This document shows positions 1 through 8,064 of a DNA stretch of 13,234 nt, one piece after another. The position numbers and the translations under genes are program-made. The notes beneath the pieces are model-generated. The model was not told the origin of the DNA. It saw only the letters and a program-made list of their open reading frames with translations, and searched no databases. The stretch covers positions 1 through 13,234 of the forward strand of contig JBIOZG010000053.1 of NCBI GenBank assembly GCA_044870765.1, given 5' to 3'. Positions within the stretch are counted from its first letter, which is position 1. Each line of letters begins with the position of its first letter. This DNA comes from Nitrososphaeraceae archaeon. GTDB lineage: Archaea; Thermoproteota; Nitrososphaeria; Nitrososphaerales; Nitrososphaeraceae.

Positions 1-218
1 ACAAAACCCGATGGTTCTTGTAATTCTGCAAGACTCTCATTTAGAGCTGGTAAGCCCGGAGTAGTTAGATTATCAGTATTCGGGACTATCTGTGAAAAAG
101 CAAGATCATTATAGTTTTGTAAAAAAATCAATGAAGTCGCTAATCCTATCAAACTTAATGTGATTTTTATCGTCGTAAGGTTTTGATCTGCAAAAAACCC
201 TTTCCCTTCACTATTCAT
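1..218 (-). CDS. Secreted/surface hypothetical protein, N-terminal 72 aa (runs off the left edge; not in ORF track)
   Basis: Manual translation from ATG at 218: MNSEGKGFFADQNLTTIKITLSLIGLATSLIFLQNYNDLAFSQIVPNTDNLTTPGLPALNESLAELQEPSGF. There is no stop before the edge. A hydrophobic signal-like stretch ends in an AFS/Q cleavage-like site. Confidence 0.7.
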   Translation of the reverse strand, partial: MNSEGKGFFADQNLTTIKITLSLIGLATSLIFLQNYNDLAFSQIVPNTDNLTTPGLPALNESLAELQEPSGF

Positions 219-856
219 AGTTTATCAGTTAATGCATGGGTAACCGGTGTTCTTAAAGGTTAATATCAGTTTTCTAATTAAAATGATATTTAGTGATCTC
301 GGTTACATAACATATCACTGCTCTGCCGTTGCTTTTCCAATCAGCCCAACTATTGTCAAAATATCATTTTCAGCATTTATGACATTGTTAAATTCAACGC
401 CATCGATCTGGCCGCCATCAAATCCAGTGCATTACATCAGGATTAAATTCGAAGTCCTGAAAAACGTCCCATCTGATTCTACGCAAGATATACTGTTACA
501 GCCAAACAAATTTCTACCCGATCATGGAGACCGTCAGGAACCAACAGCAATTCGATACATCATCGTGTACATTATGGAATCACGCGGTCCAGCAGAAACA
601 AAAAGAAAGTTGAATATGCAAGTAAAGCAAATTTGTGGCATATTCTACTAAATAATGCAATTCTTTATTCTAACATTTTTATTAGCAACTAAAATCTGGG
701 AAAATGCGTTTGTTGTATAATAAGGATTGATATCAAAGACATGTCGTCCTGAAGTCTCCTAACTATTGATGTTCGAATCTTTCATTTTATGGTGAACGAA
801 TTTAAGAAAGGGAGCCCATGTTCAGGTATACATATCATCCAACTATCAGAACACTA

Positions 857-868
857 AAGTTTTTTATA
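857..868 (+). promoter_or_regulatory. Archaeal BRE/TATA element for a leaderless transcript of 891..2183
   Basis: AAAGTTTTTATA ends about 23 nt upstream of the TTG start, and no SD sequence is present. Confidence 0.5.
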
Positions 869-890
869 CTACTGGGGCAACTTTGAAATA

Positions 891-2183
891 TTGAAAAAAG
901 CCTTAATTGGTTTGTCCAGTTCTGCGATAATGATAATTATCATAAGTCTGGCACTTAACAATTATGCTCTATCTGATCCACTAGAAATAAAGACATCAAA
1001 TAGTCCCAACAATCTTTATCCGTTGAAAATGATTGCTTCTCTTGCATTACCACAATATGAAACTGCTGCTGGATACGACCCAGATATAGCTCTGAGGAAT
1101 TCAGCGAAATTCACTCCTGTTAGCTCAGATTCTTCAAGAACAGTAAGAACTGATTTTGGCTACTATCATGGATTTAAATTTCCAAATTCTTACACTACTG
1201 ACTATAGGGTAATTCCCGATAAATATATTCCTGATTTCATTTACAAAGGAGATCTTAAATTCTCGACCAAAGGACGGTGTGGAGGTATGGCATTTGCAGC
1301 CCTAGACTACTTCTATGCTCATAAAATGATTCCAGGTTATACTAGTACACCTTCAAATGATAATCCTCTATCAGAGTACATTTTGGACCGATTACATGAC
1401 AGTCTAGACATAAGTCTTCTAGGAATACTTAAAGCACTAGGAAGTATCGCAGTTAGTGCATCACCCGTGGGTTCCGTAAGTAATCTGGAGGAGGTACCTA
1501 GATATGTATATTTGACCATGGCACCAACTGAAAATAAAGGCACAATTCTTGGGAAATGTACTGTCGGATGTTTACCCGGTATAAGACCATTAACAGATAG
1601 TGAAGTTTCTAAAGCTGTGCGTATTCTTGACCAAAAAAAGCCAGTTGTACTGGGATTAGTACGTGCGTCTAGTATAGGAGATATTGGCCTTAATCATCAA
1701 GTTGTAGCGTATGGATATCACTATGATAAGGCATACAACGCTTACACCTTTAACATATGGGATAATAGGTTCCCAAATAAGGAAGTAGAAGCTACTTGGT
1801 ATCCAGGAGTGAAGTATGGAAAATTATGGTATTGGCAGCAATATTTTGTACCAGGGAAGGGCTTTGTAAAAGAATTATTAAAAGATCCAGGCGAGTGGAG
1901 AGGTTTCTTTGTTGAGGATTATTCGCCAAAGACACCTCCCAATATCCCTATTGATATAGATTACGATGGTGTAGATGACTCACAAGACAACTGCCCTAGC
2001 ACACCAAATCCCGATCAAAAAAATACTAATGGCGACGAATACGGTGACGCGTGTCAAATGGGAGATCAAGATAAAGATGGAATAACTGACTTTAAAGACA
2101 ACTGTCGATATGCGGCCAATCCTGATCAAAAAGATGAAGATAATGATGGATTTGGGGACGTATGTGAAAATATTATTTTATAG
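891..2183 (+). CDS. Secreted papain-fold (C39/transglutaminase-like) putative cysteine peptidase with C-terminal thrombospondin type-3 repeats
   Basis: N-terminal signal peptide (MKK + hydrophobic stretch + YALS). Motifs GRCGGMAFAALDYF (C130), NHQVVAYGY (H269) and IWDNRFPN (D291) occur in papain-like order. The C-terminus carries DxDxDGxxDxxDNC...NPDQ...GDxC repeats. Confidence 0.75.
   Translation: MKKALIGLSSSAIMIIIISLALNNYALSDPLEIKTSNSPNNLYPLKMIASLALPQYETAAGYDPDIALRNSAKFTPVSSDSSRTVRTDFGYYHGFKFPNSYTTDYRVIPDKYIPDFIYKGDLKFSTKGRCGGMAFAALDYFYAHKMIPGYTSTPSNDNPLSEYILDRLHDSLDISLLGILKALGSIAVSASPVGSVSNLEEVPRYVYLTMAPTENKGTILGKCTVGCLPGIRPLTDSEVSKAVRILDQKKPVVLGLVRASSIGDIGLNHQVVAYGYHYDKAYNAYTFNIWDNRFPNKEVEATWYPGVKYGKLWYWQQYFVPGKGFVKELLKDPGEWRGFFVEDYSPKTPPNIPIDIDYDGVDDSQDNCPSTPNPDQKNTNGDEYGDACQMGDQDKDGITDFKDNCRYAANPDQKDEDNDGFGDVCENIIL
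1953..2165 (+). repeat. Two tandem 37-aa (111-nt period) thrombospondin type-3 Ca2+-binding repeat units
   Basis: DIDYDGVDDSQDNCPSTPNPDQKNTNGDEYGDAC / DQDKDGITDFKDNCRYAANPDQKDEDNDGFGDVC. Confidence 0.9.
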
Positions 2184-2200
2184 CCATAATAGGAGCGAGT

Positions 2201-2620
2201 CTAAGTGTGTGTTGTCAGCTGTTCTCTCAATGAAACCATATCTACCAGATTCCAACGCTCTATGACTTTTTCATTACGAAAAGAAAATTCTGTCATGCCA
2301 TTGACATTGAACTGTCTTCCAGTTGGTTGAAGATCCTCAAAATCACCTTTGTGTGTGCCGGTTAGATAGTATCTGCATACAACCTTGTTTCCCTCAATAA
2401 TGATATCGTCAAAGATAATCCTTATGTCAGGAAATGCCTTCCACAGAAGATAAATGAACTGTTTGAAACCTTCCTTATTGGATGGAAGATTTGGAGGAAA
2501 ACCATGAATATTCAACGAATCGTCATAAAAATCAAAATATGATGATTCTCTAACATTGGGGTTGTTGAATGTATCAGCCAAATTTCGCACAACTCCTCGT
2601 AATTGTTCCAATGAAGACAT
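2201..2620 (-). CDS. SnoaL-like ester cyclase family protein (NTF2-like fold)
   Basis: AFPDIRIIFDDIIIEGNKVVCRYYLTGTHKGDF...PTGRQFNVNGMTEFSFRNEKVIERW is the typical SnoaL signature. TATA-like TTATTAAA lies about 25 nt upstream. Confidence 0.9.
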   Translation of the reverse strand: MSSLEQLRGVVRNLADTFNNPNVRESSYFDFYDDSLNIHGFPPNLPSNKEGFKQFIYLLWKAFPDIRIIFDDIIIEGNKVVCRYYLTGTHKGDFEDLQPTGRQFNVNGMTEFSFRNEKVIERWNLVDMVSLREQLTTHT

Positions 2621-3005
2621 AATTGAGAACTGTTTGATGTATTTTAATAACCTTTTCTTCCATTAAGGTTTCGTCAGGATCGATCTGGTTTGTCGGATAA
2701 GTCAAATTTAGATAATTCGAGTTTCTCTTCTAGGCATTTCCTTCGAGTCCAACTAAAAGTGAATATACTATTGCATTTCTTCACATTTATCAAATCACAG
2801 TGTGTTTTTTCTCATTTATTGATCATTCATTAGAGAATCGTGGAATAATTTAGTTGAGGGGTCCTAACGTAGGATTTGTTAACAAATTTAATAGTATCTT
2901 GTCAATTTGTGGATTCCATGCAAAGTTTAGGGTAAAGTCTTCAACTGTTCCATTAGTGATATCATGTCGTTCATTTTCCTACGTTCTATTATCTTGATGA
3001 TTTGT

Positions 3006-3491
3006 CTATGTCTCAATGTCTACTGCTTTTTTGCCAATTCGTTCAAATTCTTTCAAATAGGATTGGTTTTTTGACCGCCACTTTTTGGTTACGAGATCTC
3101 TTGTTAGTAACCACATATCTGCAATAACATAGCTCTGCCACTGGACAAATTCATCTTCCAACTCTTTATCATGTTTTAGTATGAAACCTAATCTATCATA
3201 AGTAGACGCCACATTTCTAGCTGCATCCTCTGTTGCCACATCGAGTTCAAAAATTATATTATCGTTTCCATTTCCTTCCCTTAATTGATTTAAGAGTTTA
3301 TTTTTTCTGAGTGCCCTTCTTGATTGAACAAATTTTTCATCTTCTATTATTCTGGTGATATTTGTAACATTCGAAAAAAGATCAGATTGTCTCTTACGTT
3401 TACCTTCTTTATATGACCTTAATATTCTAGCTAGTGACAATACCATTGCAACTACAGAAAAGATTAATGAAGATAATAGAATAGGTTCCAA
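3006..3491 (-). CDS. Membrane-anchored hypothetical protein, DUF4760-like
   Basis: One N-terminal TM helix followed by a basic segment and a helical domain with YDRLGFILK...DMW...YLKEFERI. The resemblance to DUF4760 is from memory and needs an HMM check. Confidence 0.6.
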   Translation of the reverse strand: MEPILLSSLIFSVVAMVLSLARILRSYKEGKRKRQSDLFSNVTNITRIIEDEKFVQSRRALRKNKLLNQLREGNGNDNIIFELDVATEDAARNVASTYDRLGFILKHDKELEDEFVQWQSYVIADMWLLTRDLVTKKWRSKNQSYLKEFERIGKKAVDIET

Positions 3492-3664
3492 CGGGATATA
3501 TCTATTATATACATTATATCATATAATTAAACTTGATTTATTAAATTAAATCTGTTAATTGCAGTTACTCATTGACCAAATAAATTCGGATGTTCCTCTT
3601 TCCAATATATCTGATGGACATTGCATTAATTAATTAAAGGCTCTTGTAAGGATAAATTCAGCGA

Positions 3665-4564
3665 TTGCTCACAGTTAACCCAATTGATGCGATTCTATGG
3701 ACATTGAGACGAAACGAGAAAGATGTTATTAAGCTCTACAATTCCTTATCGCCCATAATGCAAGCTGCCACAGGTGCTTCTATGCTCAATTTTGGCTATT
3801 GGCTAGGAGATGCAAACAATCCAGTTGACGCTCAAACTAATTTATGTACCCTGGTAGGAAAACTTGCGGATCTTGGGTCATCTAAAATTCTAACTGATGT
3901 TGGAAGCGGCTACGGAGCACCAGCGCTTCAATGGAGTGGGGAGTATAAACTCAGGAATATCATCTGCGTGAATATTAATTCTCAGCAGCTCGTTAATGGA
4001 TTCAAGATCGCTTCTAGTAAGATTGAAAATGCACGAGTATCAAATGCTTGGTGTCTACGAACCAACGTTACTTACATTAATAGCAGTTCTTTATGCTTAC
4101 CATTTGCAACTGGTACTGTTGACAGGATCATTGCATTAGAATCTGCGCAACATTTCAAACCATTTGACACGTTTATTGCCGAGAGTTATAGAATATTGCA
4201 ACCCAAAGGGTTACTGGTAATAGCCATGCCTGTGACTGTTTCCTTGGATAATGTCTTGAAAAAACTATTTAATCTCGGCATTCTGAATCTGACTTGGTCG
4301 TCAGAGCATTATGGATTTGAATACGTCAAGTCAACTATTAGTAGATACCGATTCGAAATAATGAATGTATCTATGATTGGTTCACAAGTATTTGAACCAC
4401 TTGCTCTTTATTATACTCAAAACAGGAAAGAACTGCGGCAGAAAATTATGGCATACTATCCATCTTATATTGAGAAAATCCTTTGGAAATCATTGGTAAA
4501 GATGATGACTTTATCTAAAAAAAGATTAATAGAATACGTTGTATTAAAAGCTCAAAAATTATAA
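3665..4564 (+). CDS. Class I SAM-dependent methyltransferase (tocopherol/sterol/natural-product MT-like)
   Basis: MLNFGYW motif, SAM motif I LTDVGSGYG, LPFATGTVDRIIALESAQHF and RILQPKGLLVI. Confidence 0.9.
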   Translation: MLTVNPIDAILWTLRRNEKDVIKLYNSLSPIMQAATGASMLNFGYWLGDANNPVDAQTNLCTLVGKLADLGSSKILTDVGSGYGAPALQWSGEYKLRNIICVNINSQQLVNGFKIASSKIENARVSNAWCLRTNVTYINSSSLCLPFATGTVDRIIALESAQHFKPFDTFIAESYRILQPKGLLVIAMPVTVSLDNVLKKLFNLGILNLTWSSEHYGFEYVKSTISRYRFEIMNVSMIGSQVFEPLALYYTQNRKELRQKIMAYYPSYIEKILWKSLVKMMTLSKKRLIEYVVLKAQKL

Positions 4565-4804
4565 AGTGGACCTTCATTGCTCATATTTCTCCTGCTTTCT
4601 GTCATAGAATTAGATTAGAGAACTAATTTACTGCTCGGCCATCGGGAACCATAACGTTAGCAATTCGATTCCAACATAAGATTTGACTAAATATTTAATC
4701 GGAACTAATAGTTGGTTCCCAATCAGTGAAATTTCATGGATTAGAATCCAGCCTAACGTGATTCCCATGCTTTAAATATCAAAAATTAGATCAAGTATGA
4801 GATA

Positions 4805-5203
4805 ATGAAGGGATATAAAACAGCGATCGAAAAAGACACCTTAGATAACACAAACTTTAGGAAAGTTTTGTACAGTTCCAAGCATATTCAACTTGTTCTG
4901 ATGAGTCTGTCACCTGGAGAGGAAATAGGAGAAGAAATTCATTCTGAAAATGATCAATTCTTTCGTATTGAGGGCGGTCATGGAAAATGCATTATAGACG
5001 GTAAGGAGTACGAAATCAAGGATGGCGATGCAATCGTAATTCCAACTGGAGCAAAGCATAATATCATTAATATCGATGGTCAAGCAGATCTGAAAATGTA
5101 CACACTTTATGCTCCACCCCATCACAAGGACGGAATAACAAGATCTACTAAAAAGGAAGCAGAAGATAACGAGGCAGAATTTGACGGAAAAACAACCGAA
5201 TAA
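4805..5203 (+). CDS. Single-domain cupin (cupin_2, Bh2720-like)
   Basis: FRKVLY...QLVLMSL.PGEEIGEEIH..DQFFRIEGGHG and IVIPTGAKHNIIN cupin motifs, plus YAPPHH. TATA TTTAAATA at 4771-4778. Confidence 0.9.
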   Translation: MKGYKTAIEKDTLDNTNFRKVLYSSKHIQLVLMSLSPGEEIGEEIHSENDQFFRIEGGHGKCIIDGKEYEIKDGDAIVIPTGAKHNIINIDGQADLKMYTLYAPPHHKDGITRSTKKEAEDNEAEFDGKTTE

Positions 5204-5581
5204 CATGTTGAAGGCAGCTATTTATAGAAACGTACTAACTGTTCATAACACAACTCATTTCTCCTATATTTTCTAATCTTTATTTTATTAATTCAAATAG
5301 TAATTGCAGTTGCAGTAGGTACAAAAAAAATCATTCTCTTTCGTGGGGTTTAAGCCCTCGAGAATCGTACTGTTAATAATTCGAGTCCAAACGCTATGAT
5401 TAAATTTTTTTTGTGCAGGCATAAGGTAGCAATTTTTACAATGGTGAAGATTAATATTCAGACAGCAGTTTAAGATTTATAAGATATTCCCAAATCAGCT
5501 TTACAAACCCTAACTTTAATTTTGAAAAAGTTATCCTAGGTATAATACTAGACTTGGTCTTTGCCAGTGTATTAATCTCTT

Positions 5582-6928
5582 TTATAGACGCGGCATGTAC
5601 AATAATGGTTCGGCAAAGTTATCACGATCTCCTGTAAAGTAACCGTGACCATTACCATCACATTTTGTGGCTGGTGTGGAACCAAAGATCCTAATAGCAT
5701 TCCTTATCTCTGAGGGGGTTGCATTATGATGTTCAGATTCATATAATGCGGCTGCGCCGGTAACGTGAGCAGTTGAAGCGCTAGTACCACTGAATGTAGT
5801 ATAAGAACCCCCTCTCGTTGTTGTTTTGATAAAAACTCCTGGTGCAGCTACGTCAACTACTGACCCATAATTACTAAACCTTGCAAAAGTATCATCTTTC
5901 CCAGCTGGTGTAACTGTAGACGAAATAGCACCACACCTTCCATCGGTGTCAACAATTGCTGATACGGCTATTACTTCTGGGAAACTTGCTGGAAATACAG
6001 ATGATGCATCCACACCTTCATTACCCGCTGCAGCAGTATAAGTGACTCCAGCTGCGACAGATTTAATGATTGCACTGTGGAGAGCCTTATTTTGTCCAAT
6101 GGCACCAAAGCTCAAATTCACGACATCTATCTCATTCGCATGTTCAGTAACATAATCAATTCCTTCTATTATGTCGGAAGTAGAACCAATACCGTTACTA
6201 TCAAGAACCTTAATTGCCCATAATCTAGCACCCGGAGCCAGGCCCACTACACCACGAGAGTTATCTTTTGCCGCTGCAATACCAGCCACAGCTGTACCAT
6301 GACCATTATCATCGTTACCGTTCGCAGTACCTGAAACAAAGGTTACTTGTCTATATATATTGAGATCAGGATGATTCAGATCAATTCCTGTGTCCATAAT
6401 ACCTATGTCAACATTTACGCTTCCTTTCCCGTTTCCAGATTTAGTTGAACTCAGGTCACCGTCTACTCTATTAACGCCAGTTGGTAAACTCTGTGCGAAC
6501 GCTTTCACCTTCACATCCGGCTGTACATAATCTACTCCGGGATTGGCTACAATTTCGTCAAGCACATCTTCATTTGGGACTTTCATAGAGAAACCATGTA
6601 GAGCGTCATCGTAAACGTGTTGGATGGTTGCACCATCGCTTCTGGCTTTACCAGCTAACGATGATACAGATGATAGAAAATTGTTATCCTTTAATACTAC
6701 AATGTAATCATTTGGTATTTTCTCCCCTGGAACATCTTTTAATTTTTTAACGATATTCTGTGCATTGTTCCTTATCTGATCAATTTTGTCTCGTAGGGTG
6801 CTTCTGTCGAAAGGCTGTGCCTCTACCTTAAACATAGAAGTTTGTGAAATTGGAACTAATATCAAGTTAGATAGTAAGATAACCATCAAGACACATGATG
6901 TATATCCAAAAATTCTCTGAAAGAGCAT
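5582..6928 (-). CDS. Secreted subtilisin-like S8 serine protease with I9 inhibitor propeptide
   Basis: Signal peptide ending VEA/Q and propeptide IPNDYIVVLK...HVYDDALHGFS...VDYVQPD. Catalytic triad DTGID, HGTAVAG, GTSAS and oxyanion-hole AAAGN. Confidence 0.95.
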   Translation of the reverse strand: MLFQRIFGYTSCVLMVILLSNLILVPISQTSMFKVEAQPFDRSTLRDKIDQIRNNAQNIVKKLKDVPGEKIPNDYIVVLKDNNFLSSVSSLAGKARSDGATIQHVYDDALHGFSMKVPNEDVLDEIVANPGVDYVQPDVKVKAFAQSLPTGVNRVDGDLSSTKSGNGKGSVNVDIGIMDTGIDLNHPDLNIYRQVTFVSGTANGNDDNGHGTAVAGIAAAKDNSRGVVGLAPGARLWAIKVLDSNGIGSTSDIIEGIDYVTEHANEIDVVNLSFGAIGQNKALHSAIIKSVAAGVTYTAAAGNEGVDASSVFPASFPEVIAVSAIVDTDGRCGAISSTVTPAGKDDTFARFSNYGSVVDVAAPGVFIKTTTRGGSYTTFSGTSASTAHVTGAAALYESEHHNATPSEIRNAIRIFGSTPATKCDGNGHGYFTGDRDNFAEPLLYMPRL

Positions 6929-7175
6929 ATTTCTATCCAGAGATATAGACTGTAATTAATTTGAATTTGGTAACTTGATTACATACGTTTGTTCTAATTA
7001 ATTTGCTTTAAAAAGAATATGTGTAGAGCTTAGCCGATGACAATTGAACTTCATCGGAGAGCAGAAGTCAAGTACCGAGAAACCTTTAAATCAAATTTAA
7101 TAAATTTTAAACTCTCAAATGTAAAATAGAGACTTATCATACGATAAGTAATCAGAGGATAAGCAAATCTCATAT

Positions 7176-7268
7176 TTAGGTAAGAACGAAGTCTAATCTC
7201 CATCTCGAATACAGAAAATCTCGAAAAACCGACAGGTGGAGGGAATCGTTTGTTTCTTGTTCGTCCAA
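7176..7268 (-). CDS. Candidate 30-aa small ORF (MDEQETNDSLHLSVFRDFLYSRWRLDFVLT)
   Basis: AGGAGGTG SD at 7286-7279, 10-nt spacer, TTG at 7268, TAA at 7178-7176, and TATA-like TTATATTA at 7330-7323 on the minus strand. No homology recognised. Confidence 0.3.
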   Translation of the reverse strand: MDEQETNDSLHLSVFRDFLYSRWRLDFVLT

Positions 7269-7292
7269 ACTACCCTCGCACCTCCTCGGTTT
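7226..7292. ncRNA. Long imperfect GC-rich hairpin, candidate structured RNA or cis-regulatory element
   Basis: AAACCGA/TCGGTTT, AGGTG/CACCT, GAGGG/CCCTC and GTTTG/CAAAC pair in nested order (22 bp) around a 13-nt loop. 34 of 67 nt are G+C in an AT-rich intergenic region, with T-runs downstream on both strands. Confidence 0.55.
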
Positions 7293-7351
7293 GCCCTTTT
7301 GTTTTGGTATTGAGCATCAAATTAATATAATCACATTCCAAACCAAGTAAC

Positions 7352-7666
7352 GTGTTTGAAAGCAGAACTTGGTATAAGGAAGTCTTATTTTTAGTAGTAA
7401 TTATTCCTCTAATAGGATCTATATTTAACGTATTCGTTCCTCTTCCATTTAGTTTTGGAATATATTTTATTTTACTAATTGCAGTTGCAATCTGGAGAAT
7501 AAATAAAAAAGCTCTTTCAGGAAAAGAAGCTATCACGATAATTTTACTGTCTATAGGATTTAACTTTGTAACCAATTTGCTTATACCATGGCCATTTTCC
7601 ATGGTCGCATCTATTTCGTTGACTTTCCTGACTATATGGTTCGTCCATAAAAGAGGAAAGTATTAA
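7352..7666 (+). CDS. Small integral membrane protein (about 4 TM helices)
   Basis: Four hydrophobic segments in two similar hairpins (VPLPFSF / IPWPFSM) and a basic C-terminus. TATA TTAATATA at 7322-7329. Confidence 0.75.
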   Translation: MFESRTWYKEVLFLVVIIPLIGSIFNVFVPLPFSFGIYFILLIAVAIWRINKKALSGKEAITIILLSIGFNFVTNLLIPWPFSMVASISLTFLTIWFVHKRGKY

Positions 7667-7701
7667 TAGTAACATTAAGTTTCATCAAAGCTACTGAAGA
7701 G

Positions 7702-8064
7702 TTGAAAATAAAGATTTATCAACAACATATATCATTTAAGGATAAGTTAGAGAAAACTAGAATTTTAGTTAGTGTCTTTTTGTTAACGGTATTATCATAA
7801 TTATCAATTTCTTTTTTATTCTCTGATGTCAATGCCATTGAGGTAAAAGCAGATTTCAACGGTGATGGTAAAGATGATCTTGCTATTGGCGTACCAAGCG
7901 AAGATATAGGGTCTACAAAGAATGGAGGTGCAGTACAAGTCTTATATGGTTCTTCAAGCGACCTTTCAGCAACATCACCCATGGCCGATCAGTTCTGGAC
8001 GCAGGATAGTGCAAACGTAAATGATGCTGTAGAAGAGGGTGATCATTTTGGACGGCCACTATGA
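7702..8064 (+). pseudogene. Disrupted secreted FG-GAP (integrin-alpha beta-propeller) repeat protein
   Basis: Frame +1 reads ...KTRILVSVFLLTVLS*LSISFLFSDVNAIEVKADFNGDGKDDLAIGVPSEDIGSTKNGGAVQVLYGSSSDLSATSPMADQFWTQDSANVNDAVEEGDHFGRPL*. There is an in-frame TAA at 7798-7800 inside the signal peptide, and only one repeat. The start is uncertain (TTG 7702). Confidence 0.8.

Noticed and set aside
315-431. Minus-strand protein-like fragment CTGFDGGQIDGVEFNNVINAENDILTIVGLIGKATAEQ*
   Set aside because: It may be a gene remnant, but it is preceded by an in-frame TAA, has no start codon and has no recognisable family. tblastx would be needed.
247-651. 134-aa plus-strand ORF in the track
   Set aside because: No recognisable motif, GTG start, and it overlaps the promoter zone of the divergent 1-218 gene. 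Probably spurious.
1337-1543. 68-aa minus ORF
   Set aside because: Antisense shadow of the peptidase-TSP3 gene.
2742-2752. TTCGAGTCC / TTCGATTCC resembling tRNA T-loops (also 4664, 5380)
   Set aside because: No T-stem or cloverleaf can be formed, so it is neither a tRNA nor an evident att site.
3355-3549. 64-aa plus ORF
   Set aside because: Antisense to the DUF4760-like gene and its promoter.
4910-5206. 98-aa minus ORF
   Set aside because: Antisense shadow of the cupin.
5221-5248. Short matches with 8181-8191 (ACTGTTCATAA) and 8254-8267 (TTTATAGGAACGTA)
   Set aside because: AT-rich 11-14-mers in non-collinear order, expected by chance.
7255-7300. Minus-strand AGGGCAAACC...GGACG resembling the start of a c-di-GMP-I riboswitch
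   Set aside because: It lacks the GNRA-capped stem and the downstream tetraloop-receptor stem, and the sequence instead folds into one long hairpin.
7270-7602. 110-aa minus ORF
   Set aside because: Antisense to the membrane protein 7352..7666, which has the TATA box and a coherent TM pattern.
7719-7982. 87-aa minus ORF
   Set aside because: Antisense shadow of the FG-GAP pseudogene.
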